Source: Octopus bimaculoides
Taxonomy: Eukaryota
Assembly (NCBI RefSeq): GCF_001194135.2
Contig: NC_068989.1
Coordinates: 69,216,382-69,280,381 of the forward strand
Reading direction: 5' to 3'
Length of the DNA stretch: 64,000 nucleotides
Every line of letters starts with the position of its first letter. The stretch's first letter is position 1. The translations under genes and the position numbers were made by a program. Below are positions 11,763 to 25,611 of the stretch, piece by piece. The notes beneath the pieces were generated by a model, which worked only from the letters and a program-made list of their open reading frames with translations, searched no databases and was not told the origin of the DNA.

Positions 11763-14616
11763 TGTTGTTTGTACAATGCTCACACAGGTACAATACCTTA
11801 AATTCACAAGATATGATAAATGGCACATTGCTACATTTATGTATCTCCTATCAATATCAACATCAACAATAAGATGATGAGCTGGCAGAATTGTTAGCAT
11901 GCCGGGCTAAATGCTTAGTGGCATTTTGTCCATCCCTACATTCTGAGCTCAAATTCTACCAAGGTCAATTTCGCCTTTCATCCTTTCAGAGTTGATAAAA
12001 TAAGTACATGTTGAGCACTGGAGTCAATGTAATGGACTTACCTCCTCCCTCAAAATTACTGGCTTTTTGCCAAAATTTGAAACCAGTATTAACATAAGCA
12101 ATAAAGTAAAATGTTTTCAACTCATAAATAAAAAACCTGTTTCTGCAAATCTAGCATAGAACATGCAGTTTTGCTATTTCTATTGTTACATTACATGTGA
12201 ATACTGGTTGATAATTGTTTAATCCCCAGATCAGCCAGCCCTGAATGAGCACTCAGCCCTGATTCTTACACAGAAGCTCATATATGCAAAGAGATAAGAG
12301 AAGTCAACTGTTAGCTGCAACTAGGAAATGTAGCAGATTCAGCAACTCATAACCTAATCATTATGCATTATAAAATGCATTATAGGCACAGGTATAGCTT
12401 CTGATAAAAAAAAGCTTACTTCAAAACCTTGTAGTTTCAAGTTCGGTCCACTGCTTGACATCTTGGGCAAGTGTCTTCTGTTATACACCTGGACCAACCA
12501 AAGCACCATGAGTATATTTGTGTGTACGAAGGTATGTATCAGCAGCATGTATGTATGTATGTATGTATGTATGTATAAAACCATAATTATCTTTTAATAG
12601 CTATGTTCCAAGATGATGATGATGGTAGTGATGATCATTAATGATGATGGTGATATATATATATATATGTGTGTGAGCACATGCATGTATGATGATTGTA
12701 AATAAGCATCACCATCATACAAGCAATGTCATTCATTTCCAGTCTTCCATGAGAAACATACCTGGGAATGAGGAAATATTAGCTTGTTTGGAAGCAGGCT
12801 AGGGTTGATGACAGGAAAGTCTGCTTCAACAAATTCTGTCTGACCCATGCGAGTGTGGAAAAGTGGACATTAAAACAATGATGATGATGATGATGATGAT
12901 GATAATGACAACGACAATGACAACACTCATGCAGTTAAATTAGTTTTTATATCACATATCAGCAGTCATAAAATTGTCGATTGGACACCCTAACTGTGAG
13001 CTAAGCAACTGGCTTTGGATCAATTAATTATAAAATTGTCTTTGTGCTGGAGTCAAAACAGACAGAAAGAATTGGAGTAAAATGTTCGTTTATAGTTTTA
13101 AATGTCAAAGTAATAAAATGTTCAGACTGCAGTGTCTCGTTTAACAACAACATGAGTAATCCTCATTTAATGATTTCGGTACAGCTTTGTTGCTGATTTT
13201 AGCAACATATATTCATCATTATCTCTACCTATCTCTCTTATTCTCTTACCTTATCTTGCCCTCCTTTTCTACCTCTCCCAAGTCAATCACTTTCTCTCAA
13301 TAGGTGTGTACATGTGTGTGTGTGTGTGCATGTACTCATACACTCCAAAAAAGTTCCATCATCAATTGATGATTTAAGACCATAATGATTTTGGGGATCT
13401 TCAAAAGCCATATTCCTTCGTCTGCACCAAGCAGTATGATTATCATTATCATAATCATCATTTAATGTCCGTGTCCTGTCTGTCATGAGTTGGACAGTTT
13501 GACAGGATCCAATGAATTCAAGGACTTCATCACACTCCCCTATCTACTTTGGCATGGTTTCTACAGCTGGATTCCCTTTTCATGGCAGCAGCACTAGTAA
13601 GATTGTAGGAGACAAGCATTTGTGCATTCTTTTACATCATCGGTTACAAACACCAAATCTGCTTTTCACAGCCTAAAGAGAACGAACTTCTTCCTATATT
13701 AAGAGCAGCAAATAGTATGTTTGCTGATGTACATATAGTTTGGTCAAGCTAGAATTAGATAAATTTGCATGGAGCACACCTAAATAAAATATATAATATG
13801 TAAAGCCATATTTAACATGTTGAAGTACACTTTAATGTGGGCTTTTTTGCAGAAATAATCTTGTGGAAAAAATTTTCCTCCTAGATGACATGAAAACACA
13901 GGCTTTGATTGTGTGTACCAGAATGTCTTAACTATGAATTTGTTTGAGTGTATGTACATATATACAATACAAAGTGCTTTATAAAATATAACACAATATT
14001 ATTTGCTGGAGCTAGTGCTCTATTTTCCTCTTCATATAAGTATTCATGATAAACATTTTTTCACACTAACTTATTTAATATTCCATACTGATAGCATGTC
14101 TGTCTAATTTTATTTCAGTGGTTTAAAGATTTATTTTAGATATGCTAATTTTCCATACCTACTCCTGGACAATATTGTACATTAACTTAGTAATTCTCCT
14201 ATCACTAATTTGGCAGGTTGAGATGAACACAAGACATATCTGGATTTATTCTCCCATACTTACCGAAATGGTTAACATAATATTTATTAGTTACTGATCT
14301 AATGTCTTTTCCTCACCTCATTAGTACTTCTCAATACAGTTTTGATGCTTAATACTTTAAATATGTTAAAATTAATTTAGTTAATAGTAAAACCAAACTA
14401 AATAAATACGTTCATCAATACTCTACCTACACAAATAAGATGATCACTTTTTTTTTAACCTTTCCTAATTAAATGTATCCATCAATGGATGATTTTTGCT
14501 TGCCTTTCTTAATCAGAAAAATCTAGTACAAGAAATTTTTATTGACAAACCAGCAAAAATTTTCATGAATTCCCATAGTTTGGAATTTAACATATACTTT
14601 ATGTTTCTATATACAT

Positions 14617-14773
14617 AGGCACAGTGGCTGTGTGGTAAGCTTGTTTACCAACAACAAGGTTCTGGGTTCAGCCCCACTGTATGGCACCTTGGGCAAGTGT
14701 CTTCTGCTATAGCCACAGGCCAACCAAAGCCTTGTGAATGGCTTTGATAGACGGAAACTGAAAGAAGCCCATC

Positions 14774-14836
<63 letters not shown>

Positions 14837-15052
14837 CATGTATATGTTTGTGTGTCTGTGTTTGTCCCTCCCACCATTGCTTGACAACCAATGTTGGTGT
14901 GTTATGTCCCCGTAACTTAGTGGTTCAGCTAAAGAGACTGATAGAATAAGTACTAGGCTTACAAGGAATAAGTCCTGGGGTCAATTCATTCGACTAAAGG
15001 TGGTGCTCCAGCATGACCGCAGTCAAATGACTGAAAACAGTAAAAGAATAAA
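14617..15052 (+). mobile_element. tRNA-derived SINE, same family
   Basis: Same head, body and internal (TA)n. Confidence 0.85.
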
Positions 15053-15543
15053 AGGATAACTGGCACTCTGTCAGTTACAATAACACGGGTTCCTGTCAAT
15101 CTGATCAACAGAACAGTCTGCTTGTGAAATTAACGTGAAAGTGGTCGAGCATTCCACAGATATACACATAACAACAGGTACTGCATGCACTACAATAATA
15201 CAATGTATCAAGCACTTCAATACTTACACATGTAAACCCATGCGACATACATACAGTATATTCCTTTAGTGAAGATTACATTACTATGACAATACAAATC
15301 CATCAGGTAATTATTATAGAGTGAATACTATACAGCAGGCAACTCAGTTAACAAAACTAAAAGAATACTTGTCTAGACCATCTTTCTACACTTTATTATC
15401 ACCATATTCAGATAATCAATTGTTTTAATAGTTGATAAAAGTAAACCCTTCTTCCACAAAAAAAGAAAAAAAAAAACGTTTTCCCCATTGTTCACTGTTG
15501 ATTCCCCCCCCCCTCTCTCCTTCCCTTTCATTCTTTAGCCTAA

Positions 15544-15553
15544 NNNNNNNNNN
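15544..15553. other. 10-N gap with the same about 76-bp sequence on both sides (assembly overlap artefact)
   Basis: 15467-15543 is nearly identical to 15554-15629. Confidence 0.85.
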
Positions 15554-16515
15554 AAAAAAAAAAACGTTTTCCCCATTGTTCACTGTTGATTCCCCCCCCT
15601 CTCTCCTTCCCTTTCATTCTTTAGCCTAAGAGGATTTCAGATAATTAGTCTTATCAAAGTCAATTGCAGAGTTTTCATTGTTAATAATAAATGAATTAGC
15701 TTCAAGGTTTTTATCATATTTGTTCGTTATTGGCTATGCAATATTTTTCAGCCAATGATGCTGAACACACACACACACACACAGATATGGTTGGGGAGTC
15801 ATGAGCATGCATAAGTTGCTATATAAAGAAGAACAAAATATAAGGCAAATTAGAATAATAGATCACCAATCAATCAATATTCAGCTCACACAATGGATAT
15901 AACTTGTTCTAATCATCTATATCCTTCAATGGGTGATGGTTCTTTTTAACTTTTCATATTCAAACACATCCCTCAGTGGAGGATATGCTCCACTGGCAGC
16001 AACAGAACATATCTAAGTATATACATGGTAGTATATGAGCTCAGGAAAACGAATCAAAGAAATATTTAATCAATTTTACAGTCTCTTGGAAATATAGCCC
16101 AATGACTCTCTCTCTCTGTCTCTCTTTCATTCACTCACTGCACTGAGTTCAAATGATGTTTGAGTAAGGCTTTACTTTTATTTAGCCAAGATTAGTGGTG
16201 GGCATTCAAATGACACCACTGATATTACTGAAGTTTGTTCACTTGGCTATGCTTCTTTCTTGTAAAACAGGTCTTGTTTATCATTGGACAAAACAGCAAC
16301 ATGCTATGCCATATGGAAATTTCTGAAAATCCTTGTTTAAGTGGACCACAAGTCTGTTCAGTTAGGGTTGGCATGGACTAAAGAGATTCATTGAAGATCC
16401 AAGCATTTTTATCATATATTTGGGATGCCTTTGATCACAGGTTTATGCAATTAGGGTTCATGTGGACTAAACAACAACATTCTCTTTCATAAAGACATTC
16501 ATTGAAAATCTATGC

Positions 16516-16686
16516 TTAACCCTTTTGTTACCATATTTCTGTTGAGATGCTCTGTGTTTCTTTCAGTTAATTTTAAATATAAAATTAAGGTTTGGTGGAA
16601 GATTTTAATTCAGAACTTTTGAAAACAAGACATTTGTACTAAAGAGCCAGAGGCGGTTTCAGCCGGGTTGGTATCAAAAGGATTAA
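16516..16686. mobile_element. piggyBac-type MITE, second subfamily
   Basis: ttaacccttttgttacc and rc ttaatccttttgatacc with TTAA ends. Partial relatives near 19000, 41810-42180, 47980, 50450, 57550 and 60850. Confidence 0.65.
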
Positions 16687-18617
16687 GTGAATGCATCCAG
16701 AGAACAAGCATTTTCAATCAGATGTGACAAAATTTTTATCACAGTTGTGGTTGTTGTCAGTGTTGCATAACTGGCACCCATGCCAGTAGCACATGAAAAG
16801 CACCTTTCAAACATTGGGCCTTACTGAGGCAATGTGGCCCGATGCTGGTGTCATGTAACTAGCACTGATGCCAGTGTAAACAGCAGAAGTGAGCTAGAAT
16901 GTTGAAACTTGGTGCACATGCACAGCAGAATTCAAGGTCAGTCTATGTCAAGCAGCTTCACTCTGTGTGCTTTAGCTTCGTTACTATGGAAACAGTCCGG
17001 ATACTTATTGATCTGATCACATATATTTCATAGACTTCTACATAGCTCCTGCTCACCAAGGGATCAGTTAGCCTGCAGCAATAGAAGATACTAGCCCAAG
17101 TGGGACAGAACCAAATGCAATAGGAAAGAACATATATATAACAAAATAAAGTAATTACTGTCATAAGAAACTAACAAAATGTAAATACACCTGGTTATGA
17201 ATGCTCTTAATTAGCTAAACAACTCTTCCACAATGTAATTGTTAGTTACATATTATAAGAGGACAAATGTCGACATATCTGAAGGTCTTGGTCTGTTCTT
17301 TCAATTTCTTTCTACATTACAAAAACAAATTCTTGCTGTCAAATCAATAACAATATGCTCTGTCTTAACATTAATCTGTTATTGTGTGATCTCAAATTGA
17401 CTTTGAATCTCTAATCTATGTCTCAGACATATATTCAGGGATTGACAATTTGCATCCATATCACATTAATCTCCTAATTCCATGATCAATATCATATTTG
17501 TATAATCTTAACCAAAAACTGGTGCAATACTTTTCCTTTATTCCAACAGTGTTGCTGTCACAGAGAAAGATTTAAATTTCTTGCAAATTGAGACAGTTTA
17601 AACCCTTGAATGAAGCTCATTACACTTCACTTATTTAACTAATACCTTTCAGAAAGGCATAAACATCACATATCGATTAATATTATTTTTGCGGTTGTTG
17701 CTTAGCCCCAGGTCAAACTTGACTGAGTAAACCTATAACTAAAAGGCATTCAAATCATAACCTCCTGTCATTTTTTTTTTAATTATTATTTAGAAATTAC
17801 TCCCATCTTGTATAATATAAGTAGTCATGAAGGGCATCCAGCTGTAAAAATCATGCCAAAACTAACCTCGCTTGTGTTAGTGCCACGTAAAAAGCACTGA
17901 GTCCACTCTGCAGTGTGGTTGGTGTTAGGAAGGGCATCCAGCAGTAGCTTGGGGTAGTCTTCTGCCTGGCCGGCTCCTGTCAACCGTCCTACCCATGCCT
18001 GCGTGGAAGATGGACGTTAAATGATGATAGTGATGATGATGATGATGTTGATGATCTGTGTGTGTGTCATTGTGTCTGTGTTTGTTCCCCACCTCCGCTT
18101 AACAACTGGAGTTGGTGTGTTTATGTCCCTGTAACTTAATGGCTTGGTAAAAGTGACTGATAGAATAAGGACCAGGCTTAACAAAAAATAGGTGGTGGGG
18201 TCAATTTATTCAACTAAAAATTCTTCAAGGCAGTGCCCAGCATGGCCACAGTCTAATGACTGAAACAAGTAAAAGATAAACGATAAGTAGTGACTATTAT
18301 TATCTGAATGGCATAGTTATCTGCAGAAGAAACATTACAGAACATGACCAGAATCTATGGCAGCTTCTATTATGTATTAAGAATAACAAGCTTGCTTTGA
18401 ATAAAAAGTATATGTACAAAAAATCTAGTATTGTATTCTAGAGACATCAGATTCTCAAAGACTTCACATTTTCTTGATTGTCTAAATTAAAACAGTAACT
18501 GAAACTTAAAACTTCTGAAAAGCTTGTCTAAATTACTGGATTATTCATTTATTATGTGGAATGGATTTTAAGACATTCTGACATAGTACAGCCTTCTGCA
18601 CAATACATCTTCCTTAC

Positions 18618-18647
18618 CACTGAAGCAAATGTAGCTTTTGAGAAAAG
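18618..18647 (-). CDS. Putative 30-nt micro-exon (phase 1-1 reading A-FLKSYICFS)
   Basis: Acceptor ttattttctttag and donor GTG|gtaagg. Open in all three frames, so the frame is undetermined. Confidence 0.35.
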
Positions 18648-19514
18648 CTAAAGAAAATAATTGCTGGATTTTGTACAGCACACTCTAATTTTAACCATTT
18701 ATTGGTAGTAGATATTGATACATTTGATGTAACCTTAGAGGCTACTCTCTCTCTCTCTAGAGGAATGACCAGTAGCTTTCGTTTTATGATCACTCAATAA
18801 AAATGAAAGACAATGTCCTGCTATCAAAAAGAAAGCAACAGCCATTATTGAATACATACATGTACAAAAGCATTTTAAATTGGGAAAATCATGTTACTCT
18901 ACTAACTGATCAACAAGTAGTTTCATATATGTTTCAGTCTTTAATGCAGAACAATAATGAACAATAAAATTGTCTGCTTGAGCATAGAGTTATATTTACA
19001 TATGTGATTTAACCTGCTTGAGATCACGCCCTGGTTCTGTGATACAAACTTCCTGTTTTAAAGTGATCTAAATTAAAAGCTCCACTTAAGATACAATGTT
19101 TATTTATCTTCCAAATACTAGCTGAATAAAGACGTAGTTATATTTTACTAAATTCTTTATTATTTTCAAAATTAACTGAAATAAAGGCAGTATATACTTC
19201 AACAGAAAATATAGCAATGAAAGGCTTAATTTCATTCAAGTAAAGATAATATTCCTCCAAATGATCTCATGGATCCAGTCCCCTGCTGTAAACTCTTCAT
19301 CACTTCTTTGTCACTCTGGTGAGTGACAGCTCATATATTATCCCTTCTCAATAAACGACATGCAGCAAACCAGTCTTTCTTGTAAACACTACTTTATACT
19401 GAAACTGCAATTTTTATAAAGACATATCTAGGCAAAGTTGCACCAACCATTTGAACAAATGAGTTTGCATTTTATTTGTACAAAATATTAATCTATTAAT
19501 CAACTAATAATAAA

Positions 19515-19880
19515 TATATTCAGGCAATGGTTGATGAATATAAAGGATATATACTTGCTTATCCCACAAAGAACTGCAAAGCTGATATTGTCATAAAATC
19601 TCTTAAGGATGTCTTTTGTCTTTATGATGTGCTAGCTTTGATCCATTCTGGTCAAAGATCTCTGTTTATGAGCAAAGAAAATGTCTACTTTTTTAAGACC
19701 ATTCCCTATCATGGATGCCTTTGAAAGTCTGTACACTTAGCAAGAAACTACTAAAATCAGAATAGGAAAAGGTTCTAGCTGGTTCTCTTAATTCTCAGAG
19801 ATCTTTACTTAGCACCTTAACAAATTACACACCACACAAAAGAATGTCCTTTTTTCAATGACAATCACCTATTGATTTTT
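19515..19880 (+). mobile_element. Degenerate Gypsy-type LTR retrotransposon integrase core
   Basis: VDEYKGYILAYPTKNCKADIVIKSLKDVFCLYDVLALIHSGQRSLFMSKE..TIPYH resembles the rve motifs VDEYSR..AYP..IHSD.G..F.S and TPYHP. Confidence 0.7.
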
Positions 19881-22021
19881 TTTCTGCCTGCCTAGTTAAG
19901 TTAGTTTGACCAAATTGTCATAGGACTTGTACAAGTAAACAATACTGATCCACTAAATTTGCTAAAATGCTGATAATCGCAAATGTGTGTGGGGGGGGGT
20001 GCATATACATGTGTGCAAATAATTTGAATTGGTACAGTTTCTACAGCTGTATGGCCTTCCTAACATCAACCACTTCCAGATGCTACCCAAACCAGATGTA
20101 GTATGAAAAGCCTTGAATCAGAGTCCAAACAATTCTTTGAATCTCCCCTGTTTTGGAAGAATGATATTGAAAATAATTGCTGAGACACATACAAATGAGT
20201 GTGTAAAGGAAACACATATTTGATGATCCATTCATAATGTAAAAATCTCCTGTTAAACTAAATCTTTGAGTTTACTCAGCAACAGATATTGTTTCTCTTT
20301 TATCTTTTACTTGTTTCAGCCATTAGACTACAGCCATCACTGCCTTGAAGAACTTTTAGTCGAATGAATCAAAAACCCAGTACTTAATTTTTGTTAAGCC
20401 TGGTGCTTATTCTATTGGTCACTTTTGCCAAACTGCTTGATCTTTGTTTATGTTTACTTATATCGATATTTTTTTAGGTTATTAATCATATTTCTGTTGT
20501 GATCTTTTTAATTCTTTGACTTTATACTTCTTCCTGTACTCTACAAAAAACAAATAGCTAGAGGGAATGTTAATTACATACAGATGTGCAGTAAATGAGT
20601 CGTGTATAACTGCTTTAACTCTGGTGTGCTGTAATGTTACATCTCCGAACATGATGCTGTAATTTTGTGCTGAATAAAATTTATTATACCTGTCTTTGTG
20701 GCCCTGCTTGCTGTATCACTACTATCCTGTTGTCCCCACCAACTCTATATACTCAGGTTTCACCAGTCACTGCATTCTCCCCCTTCCCCCTTTTTGCATT
20801 CACATGAACTCCCTACTCTGCCATCCAATTTATATTCTCATCCCCGTACCTTAAGAGTATGTCCTGGCCACATTGCTACCATCTCCCTCACTCTTGTTCT
20901 ATTCCACTCTTGCACTCTCTTGTTCTTAATCTCTCTCTCCCTCCAACTGTGGTAACCATGTATCTCCTCTACAGCAAGACACCTGTTTCTGTCCCTCTGT
21001 CATACCTAATCTCTAATCACCTGGCACAAAGCTACCTCCTCCAGTACTCCCCCACTCTCGGTGACCTCACTGGTGCCATGTGTAAGGTATCCAGTGCACA
21101 CTGTAAAGTGATTGGCATTTGGAAGGGTGTCCAGTTGTGAAAAACTATGCCAAAACAGACAGTGGAGCTTGATACAGTCCTCTGGCTTGCCAGCTCCAGT
21201 CAAGCCATCCAACTCATGCTGGTATGGAAAGCAGATATTAAATGATGATGATGATGGTGGTGATTTTACTTTGCAACAGCTGTACACTTACGTTAGGAAT
21301 GATTGGTATTATTTTGATTTACAATCACAAAATGAAAGTAGAAAGTTATTTGTAAAGCAATCAACATTAAGATATTGAAATTTTGAAAAAAGAAACCCTT
21401 CAAAATCATAATCTCGTGTACTTTGAAATGTGGTTGTAGAAAAAAAGATATTGAAAAAAAAGTTAGAAACAAAATAAATTTGGGGGAGGGTAATTCAAAT
21501 TATTGCAAACCTTGAAATATGAAGAAATTTTTGAAACACATACGCATACTCTATATATATAAGGGGTGGGATTTCTATGAGATACATCCGCTTGGAAATT
21601 GCCAAATTTTGTTGATCATAAAACAAAAGAATACCAAATTATTTTCAACTGCTGTTGTTGCAGTCTGAACAATATTTATTTTGATTTTGAGTAAACCTAA
21701 ACCATGTGCTATTCTAGAATATGGCAACGATGATGACATCCATCTTGGAGAACAACTGTTTTTAACAGACACACTGTGATGCAAGAATCTAGTATGAAGA
21801 AGTTTACAAAGACATCATCCTCAACACAAAGAGGTCAAGATTATTGCTTCTCTGATTTCATATTTGTAAAAGGAAAGACGTTAATTAAATAACTCTCAAT
21901 GCATCACAGAGAAAGAAAAGGACGAGGAATTGGATGGTAGTTTCCTTCTGTGAAGGAATGTTTTGAACAAAAAAATCTAATACTTTTACATTTTTGTCCC
22001 CCTCCCCATTCTGTACTCTTT

Positions 22022-22448
22022 ACTCTTTTATTCTTTTACTTGTTTCAGTCATTTGACTGCGGCCATGCTGGAGCATCGCCTTTTTTTTAGTCGAGCAAAT
22101 CGACCTCAGGACTTATTCTTTGTAAGCCTAGTACTTATCTTATCGGTCTCTTTTGCCGAACCGCTAAGTTACAGAGACACACACACACCACCATCGGTTG
22201 TCAAGCAATGTTGGGGGGACAAACCCAGACACACACACACACAAACATATACATACATGAGCCTGGTGTTGCAATCCGGTTTCACCAGTCCTCAGTCAAA
22301 TCATCCAACCCATGCAAGCATGGAAAGCGGACGTTAAACGATGATGATGATATATATATATATATATATATATACGATGGCTTCTTTCAGTTTCTGTCTA
22401 CCAAATCCACTCACAAGGCTTTGGTCGGCCCGAGGCTATAGTAGAAGA
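22022..22448 (-). mobile_element. SINE, same family, truncated by gap
   Basis: High similarity to 9488-9955. Confidence 0.8.
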
Positions 22449-23054
22449 NNNNNNNNNNNNNNNNNNNNNNNNNNNNNNNNNNNNNNNNNNNNNNNNNNNN
22501 NNNNNNNNNNNNNNNNNNNNNNNNNNNNNNNNNNNNNNNNNNNNNNNNNNNNNNNNNNNNNNNNNNNNNNNNNNNNNNNNNNNNNNNNNNNNNNNNNNNN
22601 NNNNNNNNNNNNNNNNNNNNNNNNNNNNNNNNNNNNNNNNNNNNNNNNNNNNNNNNNNNNNNNNNNNNNNNNNNNNNNNNNNNNNNNNNNNNNNNNNNNN
22701 NNNNNNNNNNNNNNNNNNNNNNNNNNNNNNNNNNNNNNNNNNNNNNNNNNNNNNNNNNNNNNNNNNNNNNNNNNNNNNNNNNNNNNNNNNNNNNNNNNNN
22801 NNNNNNNNNNNNNNNNNNNNNNNNNNNNNNNNNNNNNNNNNNNNNNNNNNNNNNNNNNNNNNNNNNNNNNNNNNNNNNNNNNNNNNNNNNNNNNNNNNNN
22901 NNNNNNNNNNNNNNNNNNNNNNNNNNNNNNNNNNNNNNNNNNNNNNNNNNNNNNNNNNNNNNNNNNNNNNNNNNNNNNNNNNNNNNNNNNNNNNNNNNNN
23001 NNNNNNNNNNNNNNNNNNNNNNNNNNNNNNNNNNNNNNNNNNNNNNNNNNNNNN
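22449..23054. other. Assembly gap (other gaps: 24452-25263, 30203-30522, 42781-42862, 60107-60126)
   Basis: Runs of N. Confidence 1.
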
Positions 23055-23087
23055 ACCCTCCTTCTAATTTCTTCATTTTTCACTTTT

Positions 23088-23260
23088 TTCCGTAACCCTA
23101 ATCCTAAAACCCCAACCTAACCCTAACCCCCTAAACCCTAACCATAAGTAGAAAAATTTTTAGAAATTTTTTTCAAAATCATAATCTCCGTATTTTTCCG
23201 CATATTTTGAAAAAAAAAAAAAACCCAACCCTAACACCCTAACCCTAAAACTAACACTGA
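23088..23260 (+). repeat. Degenerate interstitial telomere-like (CCCTAA)n, part of a dispersed repeat
   Basis: Two clusters of imperfect CCCTAA. An opposite-strand (TTAGGG) cluster lies at 26091-26120 and a related body at about 21380-21530. Confidence 0.6.
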
Positions 23261-23479
23261 AAAGATCAATGAGGAGGGGGGTGAAATTTCCGAGGCTTCC
23301 ACCTCACCCCACTCCGTTTTGCGGACCCCAAAAAAGTGTTTTGTAGCATATTAAGGATGTCACAGGAATTTATTCAACGAAAAAAAAAAAAATTCCAATG
23401 AATGGGGGGTGGATGCGAGTTTAATCTGAAAATTTACCTAATTTAATTAAACTATGAAAAAATTTTATTAACTTTTTCT

Positions 23480-24130
23480 AGTAATTATTTGTAATTATCA
23501 GTAATGGTTTCTCAGCTTCCGTCTAATTATCATTATATAAGAGTTCTTGGCCATCACAGAAGTAACAAGTAACGAGCAAGGCTCAAGACCATAAACATGA
23601 AAGTGAAAAAGGTAATAAACAAGAACCAAAATGAAACCACAGATCGGACTCGAAAGAAGCTAATCCTAAATATAAATAACAAGAATAAAATGTGTAATTG
23701 TACTTCAATAAAAAGAATGACTCACCATAGTCTGATTGAATGTAAATTAAGTATAATATTACGCCGTTCATTAAGTGAACCAAGTTCAATTTGGATCTAG
23801 CCATTATCGTTGTTTCTGAAGTGATTAAATGAAATATTGCCGGAGCACAATATGAAATTATGTTCTGCGTGTGGATTAAGATTTTTAATCCAAAGCTGTT
23901 ATTGCTGATGGTAACTGTCAGAAAAGGAATAACGTTGCGGTATTATTTTTCACATAAGTGAGCATTCATGTAGATTCCAGAGAGTTAAACTGATAATTGT
24001 CATTATCTGGACGTCTCTCGGATAATAACAGAACTTTGGACTAAATCGAAGCAATGAATACTTGGATTAAGATATTTGGATCTTTACCGTTTTTGTTCAC
24101 AGACATTTAGTTTAGAAAGTTATTAAAATA
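23480..24130. promoter_or_regulatory. CpG-retaining non-repeat region, probable promoter/5' end (a similar stretch lies at about 26000-26330)
   Basis: Many CpG dinucleotides compared with the CpG-depleted surroundings, and it contains the candidate ATG exon. Judged by eye, not computed. Confidence 0.35.
23726..23804 (-). CDS. Putative first coding exon of an unidentified gene, signal-peptide-like MARSKLNLVHLMNGVILYLIYIQSDY
   Basis: ATG in context cgatAATGG (A at -3, G at +4). Basic then hydrophobic peptide, donor ATG|gtgagt in phase 1, inside a CpG-retaining non-repeat stretch. Confidence 0.5.
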
Positions 24131-24143
24131 TGTGGATAGATAT

Positions 24144-24451
24144 AGGCGTAGGAGTTGTAAGTAGCTTGCTTACCAACCACATGGTTCCGGGTTCAGTCCC
24201 ACTGCGTGGCACCTTGGGCAAATGTCTTCTACTATAGCCTCGGTCCGACCAAAGCCTTGTCAGTGGATTTGGTAGACGGAAACTGAAAGAAGCCCGTCGT
24301 ATATGTGTATGTGTTTGTGTGTCTGTGTTTGTCCCCCCAACATCGCTTGACAACCGATGCTGGTGTGTTTACGTCCCCGTAACTTAGCGGTTCGGCAAAA
24401 ATGACCGATAGAATAAGTACCAGGCTTCCAAAGAATAAGTCCTGGGGTCGA
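24144..24451 (+). mobile_element. Young SINE copy, truncated by gap
   Basis: CpGs retained; nearly identical to the copy at 59941-60825. Confidence 0.85.
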
Positions 24452-25263
24452 NNNNNNNNNNNNNNNNNNNNNNNNNNNNNNNNNNNNNNNNNNNNNNNNN
24501 NNNNNNNNNNNNNNNNNNNNNNNNNNNNNNNNNNNNNNNNNNNNNNNNNNNNNNNNNNNNNNNNNNNNNNNNNNNNNNNNNNNNNNNNNNNNNNNNNNNN
24601 NNNNNNNNNNNNNNNNNNNNNNNNNNNNNNNNNNNNNNNNNNNNNNNNNNNNNNNNNNNNNNNNNNNNNNNNNNNNNNNNNNNNNNNNNNNNNNNNNNNN
24701 NNNNNNNNNNNNNNNNNNNNNNNNNNNNNNNNNNNNNNNNNNNNNNNNNNNNNNNNNNNNNNNNNNNNNNNNNNNNNNNNNNNNNNNNNNNNNNNNNNNN
24801 NNNNNNNNNNNNNNNNNNNNNNNNNNNNNNNNNNNNNNNNNNNNNNNNNNNNNNNNNNNNNNNNNNNNNNNNNNNNNNNNNNNNNNNNNNNNNNNNNNNN
24901 NNNNNNNNNNNNNNNNNNNNNNNNNNNNNNNNNNNNNNNNNNNNNNNNNNNNNNNNNNNNNNNNNNNNNNNNNNNNNNNNNNNNNNNNNNNNNNNNNNNN
25001 NNNNNNNNNNNNNNNNNNNNNNNNNNNNNNNNNNNNNNNNNNNNNNNNNNNNNNNNNNNNNNNNNNNNNNNNNNNNNNNNNNNNNNNNNNNNNNNNNNNN
25101 NNNNNNNNNNNNNNNNNNNNNNNNNNNNNNNNNNNNNNNNNNNNNNNNNNNNNNNNNNNNNNNNNNNNNNNNNNNNNNNNNNNNNNNNNNNNNNNNNNNN
25201 NNNNNNNNNNNNNNNNNNNNNNNNNNNNNNNNNNNNNNNNNNNNNNNNNNNNNNNNNNNNNNN

Positions 25264-25611
25264 AAATATATGTGTTGGCACTCCATCGCTTACGACATCG
25301 AGAGTTCCAGTTGATCCGATCAACGGAACAGCCTGCTCGTGAAATTAATGTGCAAGTGGCTGAGCACTCCACAAACACGAGGATATTCAGCGTGACACAG
25401 AGTGTGACAAGGCTGACCCTTTGAATTACAGGCACAACAGAAACAGGAAGTAAGAGTGAGAGAAAGTTGTGGTGAAAGAGTATAGCAGGGTTCGCCACCA
25501 CCCACTGCCGAAGCTTTAGGTGTTTTCGCTCAATAAACACTCACAACGCCCGGTCTGAGAATCGAAACCGCGATCCTATGACCACGAGTCCACTGGGCCA
25601 TTGCGCCTTCA
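25264..25611 (-). mobile_element. Second SINE family, copy with internal deletions
   Basis: Colinear with 40630-41023. Confidence 0.8.

Noticed and set aside
15467-15629. Tandem duplication
   Set aside because: Near-identical copies flank a 10-N gap, so this is an unmerged contig overlap.
16958-17172. Hydrophobic minus-strand ORF/exon with GTGAGC donor
   Set aside because: Open only in phase 0, so it does not join the phase-1 candidate chain, and it is adjacent to decayed LINE sequence.
23088-23260. True chromosome end
   Set aside because: The repeats are short, degenerate and internal, with unique sequence on both sides.
22341-25540. Long ORFs of 200-430 aa in the track
   Set aside because: Artefacts of N runs translated as X.
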